Notes: generated by a model not told the origin, from the sequence alone. Shown: positions 12,325 through 25,471, numbered from the whole stretch's first letter. The stretch is DNA of 63,648 nt, filler included, from Choristocarpus tenellus KU-1152 (GCA_964200185.2; 9 parts of 9 records of this genome joined end to end with filler, not necessarily neighbours in it); one strand, 5' to 3'. Numbers and translations are program-made.

Positions 12325-15300
12325 ATGAAGGTAGGTCCTACATCAGTATGGATGGTCCGGGTTGTTTGTGGTGACGTGATGGACGGCAGTGCCTTACGTT
12401 GGCATAGGGATGGAGCTCTTGATGGTGGAATGGTTGTGTGGGGGATTTGAGAGGACCCAGTCCTGGACTTGGCACCTATGTTGAATTCGTTCACTCGTTG
12501 CTTATGTAACTAAGACTGTGCTGAGCTAATGTAGCGTGGAAGTTGTACTTACGAATTGGAGATAAAAAGATGGAGGGATGCATTTTTTTGGAGGTAATTG
12601 TCAGGTTAGTAAGTGGTACACGATCCCCTTTGCCTCATTATCGTTCCTCTTCCACTTGAACCCTTTTTTTCGCAGCTTAACATTGCTTCCCCGGCGACGG
12701 GGTCCCAAAAGTTTATCGAGGTGGATGACGAGAAGAAGCTGTGAGTTACGAAGTGTGCTACTGACATGAATGCCTTTTATGGAGAGAAACATCCAAGTGA
12801 TAAAAATTGTGCTCTTAATCATTGTGTCAAGGTTTACGGCACGTCATCGAGTTTGACGGTTCTGTATATCCTGGGTCACACTGGTTGATGGTAGGTTTTC
12901 CTGTCCAAGTGCAGATGATGCTGTTGTTACGTAACTCATTCCTCTATACTGAAGTCTTTCTTTGACCCTTTCTCTTTCGCATCTTGCTGTACGCACAGTC
13001 GCGTCCTTTATGACAAGCGTATTTCTCAGGAGGTGGAAGGAGAAGCTCTTGGCGATGAGTTCGCCGGTTACGTGAGTGTTTCAAAAGGGGTGTATTACCC
13101 CTTACCTCTTGTTCTCTCACTTTCACAAACAAAAGGAATGGGGACAAAAGCTTCTCTACTGAAAGAATTTCTATGCTTGACCGATGTAGTATGGAGCTCA
13201 CGCGAGGTTCGACATTTCATTGATGCATTAAGAAAGTAATCAATGCATTAGGCCGCCTTCCCAGGCAGGAATTGTAGATGGTGCCTACGATGTGCGATTT
13301 GTATAGAGTTCAGCACATCCAACACTTCGACTCTCAGCCTACCTGATGCCTGGACCAAATTTGTGAACAGTGGGCTCAGTATTACTGGAGAGATGGGTGC
13401 ACTGAGGAATTGTATCAAATCAGTTGTGTGAAATGAGAGGGATCTGTTGGAGTTGAGAACAGGATTCATTGTTTGGTAACACAAGCCTCCGTATTACATT
13501 CCCTTAAAGTATCAAGGCAGTCACTTCCTATCAAAATTCGTCCTGCAGGTTTGCAAGCAAAGTTTTTTGTTCCTTCAATTTCCCTGCATCTGCACCAATA
13601 GTTCCTCATCCAGTGTGAGGTCTTGTGCTCCTGTTTGCTGACTTACATACAAATTCTTACGATACACCAATTTTGTGTGTGTGTGCCTTTGTGCTTGTAC
13701 ATTTTGCACCTGACTCGGATTGCGTGTGGAATCATGCCATAATTGGAAGGGAAAGTTATTGTACTGGTTCCATGTTGGACCTTCCACTCTTGTCTAAAAT
13801 ACTGCCTGCCTTGCCCTGCAACTCTCTTTCATAAGACTGTGTTACCTCACTCGTGACTAATGTGAACATGTGCAGATCTTCCGCATCTCTGGAGGTAATG
13901 ACAAGCAGGGCTTCCCCATGAAGCAGGGTGTGCTGTCTTCCAACCGTGTGCGCCTGCTTTTGCATAAGGGTGTGTCTTGCTACAGGCCCCGCCGTCGCGG
14001 AGAACGTAAAAGGAAGTCGGTGCGTGGGTGCATTGTGGCGTCTGACCTGGCTGTGCTCAACCTGGTGGTCACCAAGAAGGGAGACCAGGAGATCCCCGGG
14101 CTCACCGACACCCCTGTCCCACGCCGCTTGGGTCCTAAGCGTGCTAACAACATCCGCAAACTCTTCAACTTGGGCAAGGTGAGAGGGTTGTGTGTTTTGA
14201 ATTTGGCTCTTGAGTAAACAAATTCTGATTAGTACTATGTGTAACATACGACTTCTGTTTTGTAGAGCGCAGGTCTAAAATGATGGCAGGGTTGAATGGT
14301 GATTGCATGACAACAGACTGGGGGACACGGCCTATTGTGTTTATATATATGAGTGAAATTATCTTAGAGGGTACGGGTTTTGTCCTGTTTTCCATTTGGG
14401 GCTTGGCTTCCCGTGTTTTTTTAATGATATTTTCCTACTCCAAAATGTTTGGGAGTAGGTAAAGTTTGTATTGTATGAAAAGGTGTGTCCAGAACATAGA
14501 TACTGACACTTCCAAACAAACATGATAGCCAAAATTACATCAAGATCGCAAGAATGGATGCAGCACTGCCCTCTAAGATACAAAAAACAAGTTAGTGTAG
14601 AAATGCTCGTCCACTTGAAACTGGTTGTGGATCGTTCAGGCATTGTTATCGTGTATTTTTTACTTTTTTAGACCTCACCCTAGGCCTGGATTTATATATC
14701 ATTAAATTTGTCTTCTGCCTAGTGTCTTACTGGTGCTTGCAACTCTAGATGAGAAAAACATAATAGTTTTTCTTTTGAGCATGATACTTGGGTTAAAAAA
14801 AAAATGGACACTTTTTGGTACTGTAATTCATTGGTGAATACATAAAAATAAGTACGTCAAGCTCATGATTTTCCATACTTGTAGCTACTTCTACTGTGGG
14901 GTTCAACACCCAAGGCATATTTGAATGGGATGAGATGAGATAAGTACTCTGTACTTAGTGTGCAGTTTCTGAATTTTTTTTGTGGTGTAAAGATATATAT
15001 ATATATATATTATATATATATATCAGGGTAAGTGTTGCATTGAGTTGGATGTTCTCATTGCAATTGTTTTGTGGTGTACCTATTTCACCTAGCTATTTGG
15101 CACTGAGCTTAAGTTGATTGGAAAGGTAGTTCCATTGGGATACGGTATGTGTTGAAATATGGAACAGTAATATTATTTATAGGATAAATAATGGTGGTGG
15201 TAAGCTGAGAATATTTACCCTCTGTTTTTTTAAGCACTACAGAAATAAATGTTTTCAATCTTGTATCCGAAGAACTCTAAGCAAAGGGGGAGTGATGAGG

Positions 15301-16515
15301 GACCCAATGGATGTGTCCTCAATCTCAACACTGTAAGAGACTGATAATCTTCGATAACTCTTGGTACACCATCCTGAACACTGGAGCTTTTTTCAGTCTA
15401 TTTTTTGTGACTCTTGAATATATTTAGATGCTTTTGACTTCCGACTTTGCCAAGAGCATAGCAGTGCATGTAAGTGTACTTGTTTCATGGTCTCGATGTC
15501 ATTATCTCTGACTTAAGGTTTCCTTGTGCTTGTTTTGAAGGAGGATGATGTGACTAAGTACGCCATTGCACGCAAGTTTGAGAAGAAGGGTAAGACTGTT
15601 ACCAAGCGCCCAAACATCCAGCGCTTGGTGACCCCCATCCGCCTCCAGCGCAAGCGTGCTATCGCTGCCTCGAAGAGGGCCTCCATGGCCAAGAGCAAGA
15701 GGGATGCATCAGAGTATGCCAGGTAAGAGATAGGGTGCATGGGTTGTGTTTCAGATGAAGAAGGCGTTTAGTGCATGTTGTGTTAATTTTTTGCTTATGC
15801 AGGAATTTAGATAGTGTACTTAATACTTTGCAATTTTTCCTCAGCCTCATTTGTCATGTTAAGTATGTGTGAGGATGGCAACTAGGATATAAACAAGTTG
15901 AAGGAATTAGTAACCCCTCTGGACGATACTCAAGTTTTGACAGCATTCAATAGTGGTAAGCATTTTGTTCTAATGTTGTCTTACACAGAGTATCATACAA
16001 AAGATTAGAGCGAATTTGAGTATCGATCAAGATTCTTTCAGCTCATGTCTATTTTAGTGATTCACTGCTACAGGCAATGTAGTCATGAAAATGTACATGA
16101 TACGCTAGAGTGTGACATTTATATGATTGAGACAGGCAGCTACTTTTTGGTACTGAATTTTGGGAGATGATAGCTTCCCTCCTTTCCTTGAAAAAATTGA
16201 ATTCTGTGGTGTACCCTCATCACAAGGAGGCTATGGATAACTAACTGCTAGACATGTCTTGACAATATGAGTTTGATCAGAGACTGAACCTCCTTTTCCG
16301 TGTCTGAATGAGATCTTGAAACACAACCATGATTTCATACATTGTACACATTTACATCAATTTTATCCCTCCTTACCCACTAGTGACTTTCCACAAATCA
16401 ATAAAATATGCCCAGCCTATATGCCCAGCGTCTCAAGGAGCAGAAGGAGGCCAGGCGCTCGATGATCTCTAAGAGGCGTAGCTCCCGCAAGGCAACCGCA
16501 AAGATTGCTGCTTAA
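12325..16515 (+). CDS. RPS6: 40S ribosomal protein S6 (eS6), complete, 242 aa; exons 12325-12330, 12676-12740, 12999-13071, 13876-14178, 15541-15722, 16416-16515
   Basis: MK|[22 protein letters not shown]..., [56 protein letters not shown] and a C-terminal KRRSS. Exons total 729 nt with all phases consistent. Confidence 0.98.
14351..14581 (+). mobile_element. MITE subfamily A copy in RPS6 intron 4 (right terminus damaged)
   Basis: Colinear with the copies at 45213, 51567 and 54944. Terminal inverted repeats are ATCTTAGAGGG...CCCTCTAAGAT. Confidence 0.85.
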
Positions 16516-19307
16516 AAAGGAGGTTTCTTGGAATAGAACTTGAAGACTTGATGCAGTGTGTTGGTTTTTCAACCATTGGTCCCTTTGGACACATTGGAAA
16601 GAATGAGCATAGTGGTCAAGGCCCTTCATCGCTCTCTCTTGTTCTTGAACATCTGTTCTCATTGTGGCTAGGGGTACCATGGTAGGGACAAATGGATTCG
16701 ATTAGGTGGGAGAAGCGATTTCCCCTTCACAAGAGGGTTTTGGAGTGTGTACATTTCTGCCCGACCCTCTCCTGTACCAAATACAGGGGGGAAAGGGGGG
16801 TTGTAGTGTTCAACTGATGGCTTTGGGGACATCTGATATAATAAAAGAATTAAAAATTATACTGTTTGTTTACATCATTTACAGTCAGTGCCTTGCTTTG
16901 CTTTTGGTGGCATAAACAGATTAATTTGCGTGTACTGAACGGAAGTACCTTTTGCAGTTTGTGAATTAAAAAAATTCCAACCTAGATGTCTAGTAGTATG
17001 CATTAACATGCCATGTTTACTTACTGTGTTGTTGTATTATAGGACCATTGATCATATCTTTATTTAAAGTTTTCCAAAGCGTTTCGAGATGGTACGCATG
17101 AATAAAGGTCTGCTCTTCATTGCCACACACCTAGTAGCTGATAAACCCAGTTGTCTGTGAATATGTGTGGCAATAGTAAAGTATGCCATGACTGTTACAG
17201 GGACTCCTATGGCAATTTTACGATGAGAGAATTGGATGAAATGCGCACCTTCCATTGACATACTGCAATCACTTTGTCTGCCTGCCCTAACTATGCAAAA
17301 CCTTAGAAAATATAACTCTTAATGCTTGCATTACCCAAAAACATTTGGTCTAAAGCCAGGTATTCATGACCGCATTTGGGATGTGTTGCTGTGTATTGTC
17401 TTTTGTTGGGAATGATGTTTGGGGAAGATTGCTCAACTGTTTTTCTGTGAAGCAGTTTATCAAGTACTACTGTCCTTTCACACATTAGTTTTGTCTTCAT
17501 AGCAGAGGAAGTGTGGAGTAGATGGAATTTATTGAATCCAGTGTCATGAGAACTATTGTCAATGCATTTGTTTAATTTGTGCAGGAACGTTCACTGACCT
17601 TAACAGTGTCCAGATTAATTTTCTTCCCAATGTTGTCAAAAAACTTGGGGTCATTTGCTCACTTATTTCTGTTTCTGGCAAACACCTACATCACTTAGGT
17701 CCATTGTTTATACTGTCTGAAATGAGACTTAGTGGTCATTTGAATCTCGAAATTTGATGTCCAGACAATGGTTTCTGGTGGATAATGTTCAAACTCTAAA
17801 TTGTGGTGAGGGTTATCTTCTCCATACGATTTACTCCAAAGAGTGTACCACAGCACCAAATGGCTACATAAAAATGCACTGAGACATTTGTTGTTACAGG
17901 TTATGGCCATGCTCGTATGTATGACTATCATGCAGTTCGATTGCTTTCATGTCCTGTTTGTTGCCATTCATATATGATTGCTCCAGAACTATGTATAAAG
18001 CTCTTCAATAGTGAAGTCATTCAAACTAAGACGGGGTTTGTATTTTTGACTTGATAAATCAACCCCCTATCTCACGCCCTATATTCCCATACCAAAGATA
18101 AATCGAACCTCAGAAGACTATGGCTAAAGATAAGAGGACGAACTAAAAAGTTGTTCACATAATAAGTTCGAAATCATCCTTCATAAAGGTACAAGCACAT
18201 CTACCAGAAGAGGGGCACATTCATAACAAATACTTAGTACCACCTGCCTCTAAGATAGGATATTATGCAAAAGAGAGCTACTCTGATAGAGTATTTTGCT
18301 TTATGTGGTACGGATTTGTTTATTAGCAAAGTGAGCACTATCCTCAAGGTGGGGGGTGGTGCTCTCCCTTGTTATCTAATTCATTCGTCATAAAACACGT
18401 CAGAAATATGTTTAAACATGTTTGTGACAGTTACACGACGTCAGTCACTTATAAATCAAGTTAAATTACTTCATTCACTTTTATACTATAAACCATGTAG
18501 ACTACTAGTCTATATCGCACACTACCNNNNNNNNNNNNNNNNNNNNNNNNNNNNNNNNNNNNNNNNNNNNTTAATTAATTAANNNNNNNNNNNNNNNNNN
18601 NNNNNNNNNNNNNNNNNNNNNNNNNNTTGTGTATGCGTATTATTATATTATAATAAGCAGTTTCATGGTATTCATGGTGATGGCTGGGGGGGGGGGGTTG
18701 AGTCACAAGTGATAAATAGGGAACGTGACATGTGTTATTTATTTCAGGTAACTAGCGATATGATGTTAGGGTTAGGGTTAAGGGGTTTTATCATCCTTTC
18801 TCAAAGCGTTGAGATACCTCATACCACTCTTTCCCTAGAGATTATAGTTCAAGTGCAGGGAAGGCTATACAATGAATCGGTGAGATGCATCTGGTTTTGA
18901 TTGGACGGTTGTTATCAAGGCCGTTGTCGAGATGAGCTTCAGTATATTTTTTTTTATCCTTTAGCCTTTAGTAGGCCTTCCTTATCACTGCGAGAACCGA
19001 TCTCTGTGTGCGAGGGGGTTTCGATATCCGCCTTTCAAGTCTTACAAAAGTGAACCATCCCCCTCAGAGTGTTTCAACAAATGCTGACATGTTTAAAGAG
19101 GGAGGAAGTATATATACATTTATTTATTCTATATATTGCATGTGTGTGTGCTGAGGGTTAGGGTTGAGCTTGTGGAAAGGAGGGCCTTGCTGGGGGGTGA
19201 GGGGGAGGGGGGGTTATTGATTGATTCAGGGGATTAAACAGGTTACGGGCCCCAAACACATTCCCAACACATTCCAATAGAACCCGATCCTCCACCTCTG
19301 TTGTCAG

Positions 19308-20399
19308 GTTCACTAAGTTTGGTGCTCAGCGAGCGTCACCTGTGACAGCATCTGTGGAGCTGGTGTCTGTTCTGAGTGAAGTGGAGAGGATGCATAGCGT
19401 TCATGTGGGGACTCTCAAGATGATGTCTCAAGAGGTGGGCTGTGTGTGTGTGTGTGTGTGTGTCTTGTGGTGAAGAGCATTCTCAGCAGGCCATTTTATT
19501 CTATTGTTTTTTATTTTTTATTTTTATTTTTTGTTGGCAGATCTTTCTTTTTGTTCATCGATTCACAGGATTTTTTCTTTATGTTATTTTTTGTGATTCA
19601 TTTTTTTTTTATGAGTTGCCTGTGTATTTTTTTTCTCTTTTTCTAAAGTGGCGCATGTGTGTGTCCGGCCGGCTGGGTTTATTTTTTTTATGTCGGCTTT
19701 GAAGTTTTTTTTATGTACGTGGGATGGGATGTACTAGGATGTTTTTGATGATGTGCATACTTAGAATTGTGTGTATATGATGTTTGCATGTTTCATGTGC
19801 AGGCGTTCCTCTCTTTTTTTTTCCTCTCTCTCTCTCTCTCTCTCTTTATATGTACACACATACATAATGCACATGCATGTGTACGTTCAGTGTATTCTAT
19901 TTAATTATTTTGTTTTTATTTTCATCTTTCAACAGTACAGTACTACAGGATAGGAAACATTATAATTTATTTTGATGCCGCAGTGTCACCAGCTTCATCG
20001 ATACGTATTATTATGACACCAAAATATTCTTATATTTTATTATTTTTATTTCATAGTTACTTTCTCCCGATCCATTCGAATAAAACACAGTGTAACTGAC
20101 TTAAACTCAAAAAAATATTTGAAAAAAAATAATAACAATAAAAGCTGAAAAGAGCTGTAACTACGGGATGAGTCAGAGGGTCGCACATACTACTCATCAC
20201 AAGGTGTGACATCACCAACACCCACAACTCACTACACACTTCACATACCACACTTCACTCCTCATGCCTTCCTCAGATGTATGTAGTGTGCTCTGACAGC
20301 AGTAGTTCAAATTCAATTTTTTAAATTAAGGAAAAATATTTCAATTTTTTTTTTAAGAATAATGTATCCAAATTTAATTGTAAGGAAAGTATCCTCAAA

Positions 20400-20440
<41 letters not shown>

Positions 20441-21248
20441 TTATATTTTTTTATATATTTGTATATTTTTTTCGATTCACAACACTTTAAAACTATCATT
20501 ACTAACATTGCTAACACATACAATTGTTCCCACCTGATTTTTTTTTCCCTTACATTAATACATACATAACACACATACACAACATACGCACTTAACACAC
20601 ACACATAAAACACATACATTAACACACATACACAACATACACACATAACACACACACATAAAACACATACATTAACACACATACACAACATACACACATA
20701 ACACACACGCATAAAACACATACATTAACACACATACACAACATACACACATAACACACATGCATAACACACATACATAACACACATACACACATAACAC
20801 ACACGCATAAAACACACACATAACACACGCAGGTCGATTCGGCCATGTCCAGCCATGCCATGCCCCTGTCCCTCATCATGGACGAGAGCGCCCGTGTCAC
20901 AGCATGGCGAGCAGTACTCCTACCCGGGACCAGACCTGCACCCACCCCAAGGTCAGACAGAGGAGGAGCAACCCACGGGAGGGGCGGCGGTAGCTTCTGG
21001 GGTAACAGCCCCAGGGTCAGCCCAGGGTCGTTCTGGGGCAGCTCTCCGAAGTCCGCAGTGGGTGCCGGCAGCGCGGCAGCCCCGTTCTCTGGGTCGGAGG
21101 TTGATCTGGGCAGCACACCTTTTGTGCCTCCTAGGACTCCGGCAGGGGGGGGGGCGAAGCTGGTGTCTGTGGATGCGTGTGAGTTGGGGTTGTTCACCTG
21201 TGGGGATGCATTCGCGGTTTTGTTTGAGGGGAAGAATGGTGCCAAGAG
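19308..21248 (+). CDS. Internal exons (19308-19434, 20833-21248) of a probable gelsolin/villin/supervillin-family protein
   Basis: In-phase AG/GT exons. IMDESARVTAWR...KLVSVDACELGLFTCGDAFAVLF resembles the gelsolin-repeat pattern D.....WR...V.....G.F..GD.Y..LY, with a low-complexity insert. Confidence 0.55.
20555..20830 (+). repeat. Compound CA-rich micro/minisatellite ending at a splice acceptor
   Basis: Repeated ACACACAT(A)n units run directly into CGCAG at 20832. Confidence 0.9.
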
Positions 21249-22370
21249 GTGAGAGGCTTCTTTTCTTTATTTTTTCATTGGTGCTTGATTTTGATTGGTT
21301 GTTTGTTTATTGTTTTGATTGATTGATTGATTGAGTGATTTATTCCTTTTTTTATTTTTTATTTTTTTTGGAAGTGAGTGATGTTTCGTTTCGAGTGAGA
21401 CTTACGTTTGTCATTATTGGGAGGGGGGGNNNNNNNNNNNNNNNNNNNNNNNNNNNNNNNNNNNNNNNNNNNNTTAATTAATTAANNNNNNNNNNNNNNN
21501 NNNNNNNNNNNNNNNNNNNNNNNNNNNNNGGTGTTTAAGTTATAGTTACAGTCATAGGTTAGAAAAAATTTCTTCGACTCGAGCAGTGCATATCCCCCCC
21601 CGGTAACACTATTATTAATATTATTATTATTATTATTATTTAATTTTATTCTGAAAAAAAAATTGGTACTAGTGGAATGAATTACCGCCTCTATTACGTT
21701 GTATTCCATCTCCCCACCGGGTTCTTGAGAACTTCCATACTCAGAAGAAAGTGAAAAATATAAATAAATACATACATACATAAATAAATAAATAAATAAA
21801 TAAAGGAGTTCCGTAGGTTCGGATCAGAGCTTTGTGGACGGAAAAGATGGGAGGCAGAGGAATAGTACACGCTGCTGTCTTGGTGCCACTGTTTCCAGCT
21901 AGAATCGACCTCACTACTGGTTTGGAACAGTAATTGTTTCCAGCTCGAGTTGATATTACTACTGGTTTGGAACATTACCACCATGTTCAGAAAAACGCCA
22001 ATGGAGTGGGAGTAAGTCTCCTTTAAAAAAGAATATCCAAAAAGATACTTTTCTTGAAAAAATAAATATATATATATATATATATATTTATGCACACATA
22101 AATATATGTATGCTTCCTCTGTTCAGCATAATCTGTAACAGTTTTCGGGGCAGGCAATAAATACTGCACAAGGTGGTACAGGCACTCTTTCACCATCTTT
22201 TTGAGGGGGGTCTTACAAAAGACCCATTATGACGTTACCCTAAGATCTCAGCAAAATCTGACTTAGTCTCTACCTACTCCACGCCGCCGCCCGCCCGCCC
22301 GCCCGTGATTCAAAAACTGCAAGAAACGCCTTCCAAGTTCCTTTTCTTTTCCCGCCTCGCAAGACCGTTC

Positions 22371-22440
22371 AAAACTGACACCAAAACTGACACCAAAAAG
22401 GACACCAAAAAGGACAAAAAGGACAAAAAGGACAAAAAGA
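22371..22440 (+). repeat. Short tandem repeat (AAAACTGACACC / AAAAAGGAC units)
   Basis: 12-bp units decay into 9-bp units. Confidence 0.8.
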
Positions 22441-22534
22441 GGAAGGAATAACAGGCAGGCGGGGGGGGAGTCCCACTCTGCGCTTCAACACAAGGGGCTT
22501 CAACACAAGGGGTAAGCGAGAAACAAAACAATAA

Positions 22535-22731
22535 ATTAATTTAATTTATTCATTGAAGACATTAATTCATTCAATTTACTCATTGAAGACATTAATTCAT
22601 TTAATTTATTCATTGAAGACATTAATTTATTCATTGAAGACATTAATTCATTCAATTTACTCATTGAAGACATTAATTCATTTAATTTACTCATTGAAGA
22701 CATTAATTCATTTAATTTATTCATTGAAGAC
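22535..22731 (+). repeat. AT-rich minisatellite, 7 units of 21-30 bp ending in TCATTGAAGAC
   Basis: Head-to-tail ATTAATTCATTYAATTTAYTCATTGAAGAC with no spacers. Confidence 0.92.
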
Positions 22732-23691
22732 AAGTAGTAGAGGCGCAAACACACAAACGGCGACACACCGATACGAGATGCGCAAAACGGAACCGATAAA
22801 AATAAGATAATAAATAAATAAAAATAAATGTACTAATCTGAACACATGCCAATCTGTGTGTGTGTGTGTGTGTACAACTAATGTGTGTGTACAACTAATA
22901 TGTGTGTGCATCCGTGAGACTACCGCGATGCGAGCGACACAACACCAGAGATAAAAATAAAAAGTGCCAAGAACGGCGAAGAGACCCCTCTGTCAAATCC
23001 TGTCAAATCGGAATCGGATCTTGAAACACAAATCAACACGCCAATCGAGGTATTTAAATAAAATAAAAACACGCAGGACAAAAAAAAAAACTTTCAAGTT
23101 TCAGAGAGGCGAGATTTCGCGACCTGCACTCAAAACAAAACGCAACTTGCTCTGGCTTCAAGCTCGCGCCCGTATGCCTGCATGCTCAGCATACCGCACA
23201 TTAGACAACAATCCACACAAGGACGCTCGACAGCAGATTCCCATCATGGAACAACCATTTTTTTTTTCTCTCTCTCTTCAACCACCCACCCCTCTTAACA
23301 CACGTTTTCAGGAGGGCAGGGCATTACACGACGCAACAAGCAAATCTACACGATTGGAACACGATTGGAACACGATTGGAACTGAACGTCCACCAAAACA
23401 ATAGCGTGATCAATGTCTATGGACTCACTTCAAGCAAATGAGGAACAAAAAGTAGCATCCTCATTAAGGGGACATATCCGTGCACTCAGAGGCAGCATCG
23501 GTTGCACCCTCAGACACACTTGCCAATGAAACTGCCGTGCTTCCACCCCCTTCACACACCTGAACAGTGACACAATAATTTGCCAGAGCTACAAAATTTG
23601 GGATAAGAAGTCCTACACACACATGCACACACACACACACACATACACACACACGCACACACACACATAAACACACAAATAGATAACTCAC

Positions 23692-25325
23692 CTTTCTTGA
23701 CATCAATATCGCAAAGCTTTCATAGCCACTCTGACCCTCCCTTTCCTCCTCCATTCTAGCTTCAGCGTCCCCTATTCCTCTCCCCCATGCCTCCCGCCTC
23801 TCCACAAACTCCCGCATCACCTCTGGGTGCCTCAGCCCCTGACAAACAGTCCCCACAGCTACTGCAACTCCCACCGGGGTTATCCCTGTGGACACTTCCG
23901 ACAGTAAACCCCACAGCACATGGAAAATGCCCTTGGATAGGAACTCCCGGGCAGGCCCAGGAGCTGTGGCACTTGCCTCAGCCAATCGGAGTCCAGCAAG
24001 GGCGATTTTCGAAGGCGTAGTGTCCACCTCCACTGTCCCGTCTGGGTACACTTGCACTCCCCCACCCCGCCTCCCAGCCCCATTCACACCTCGGAATACA
24101 TTGAGAGACCTAAGGATGGCTGCAGCCAATTGCCCTGAAACCTCCACACTGAATGCTTTGTTGCTGGTAACAGACTCTTGCCCTGCTTTCTCCTCCCCCA
24201 CCTCTCCTGCCTCACCAGTTAAGTCCTCAAGTCCAGGACTTGGCCCTGTCACATCCTCTTCCTCATCCATCTTGTCTACGGCGTTCACTGAACTAGATTT
24301 AATGTTCTCATCATCAACATTACCATCCCTCCCCTCCCCCAGTCCCTCTCTAGCGCTTCGATGGAAACAGCACTCAACGGCGCTGACGGCATTTTCCAGT
24401 ACCTCCAGCTGTTAGTACAACAAAGAGATCGGGGGAAGCACAAGCAAATTGAGGGGAATTGACCAGGCTCTTATCATGATATACTTCCAGGCACACAACC
24501 AACAAACAGCAGACTAAAGTAGACCAGAGATCGTAGAGGAATCGATTGCCAGTGAACAGAGACAAGAGGCATGAAGAGGGGATGCCAACAGCCCATCATC
24601 CTTTCAATGCTGTTTTCGTCCCTTCGTTCAACACATCCCATGAAAAGAGGCATCAAAGCACTTCTCACCTCCCTCACAGCTCCACCCTCATAATCCTCAG
24701 CAAGTGCGGAGCATGCCATTGCCAATGCCTTCGCTACCTTTGCTGGAATCAGAAAATGCTGACTGAATGGGTCACCCTCAGCCAAACGGTGCTGGAGCCG
24801 CACTGGTGGTCCCATGAGTGCTGCAGCCAATCCCGCCTCACCATAGGGAGCCAGGTACTCCACCCCAATCCCTGTCGCCGCTTTGGCCCCTGCCACAACT
24901 CCTGTCCCTCCTACTCCAGCCCCGGACCCAGATCCAGGCTTAACCCCACCTGAGCCTAAGCTGCCAACCTCCAGAGGGAGAGTAAGGGGTGTCCATGGCT
25001 GTGGTTCAGAGGAAACCTTAGGCAGGGGTGAGGGTGAAGGTCGTGGGGGAGCCTGCTGTTGGGCAGAGGGAGCGGTAGGGTGTGTGTTAGTAGATGATGA
25101 TAAACGTGCTTTGACCTTCCCTGTCCCTGCCCCTGTCGCTCCAGTAGCTCCAGTGACTCCAGTACCTACCCCAGCCTTGGCTCCAGGGCCTTGCACCATA
25201 CCCACTGCAACACCTGTGGCAGAGCCAGCTCCTGATCGAGGTACAACCCCTGGCTTTTGTGATGGTCTTGGCCTCACACCTCGTCCCACTGCTCTAGGGG
25301 GGGGAGGGGGAGGCACCTCAATAGC
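23692..25325 (-). CDS. Virilizer/VIRMA-like protein fragment (m6A writer complex subunit); exons 25325-24669 and 24408-23692
   Basis: Two phase-0 exons of 657 and 717 nt. LAGLRLAEA...EFLSKGIFHVLWGLL...CQGLRHPEVMREF...QSGYESFAILMSRK resembles the conserved Virilizer block as I recall it (animal LKAG.KL...SGYQ.LL; plant EQATRH...EGY..LL.LLMQK). Confidence 0.55.
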
Positions 25326-25471
25326 CTGATTTACTCTTCGGGCGGGGGGGGGTGGGGGGGGGGGGACTTTGNNNNNNNNNNNNNNNNNNNNNNNNNNNNN
25401 NNNNNNNNNNNNNNNTTAATTAATTAANNNNNNNNNNNNNNNNNNNNNNNNNNNNNNNNNNNNNNNNNNNN

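Noticed and set aside
19237-19253. AACAGGTTACGGGCCC resembling a copia primer-binding site
   Set aside because: No LTR or gag sequence is adjacent, and it lies just upstream of a host exon.
20619-21245. 208-aa minus-strand ORF
   Set aside because: It is the antisense shadow of the plus-strand exon extended by a microsatellite, and the splice signals support the plus strand.
22535-22731. CRISPR-like array
   Set aside because: Units are head-to-tail without unique spacers, there are no cas genes and the context is eukaryotic. The same applies to 46407-46567.
22840-22910. (CA)n-CAG on the minus strand as the next Virilizer acceptor
   Set aside because: An in-frame TAG follows after six codons and the downstream sequence is AT-rich non-coding.
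11334-25325. m6A 'gene cluster' of the ADAL-like and Virilizer-like genes
   Set aside because: They are on different contigs separated by two artificial linkers, so proximity is meaningless.
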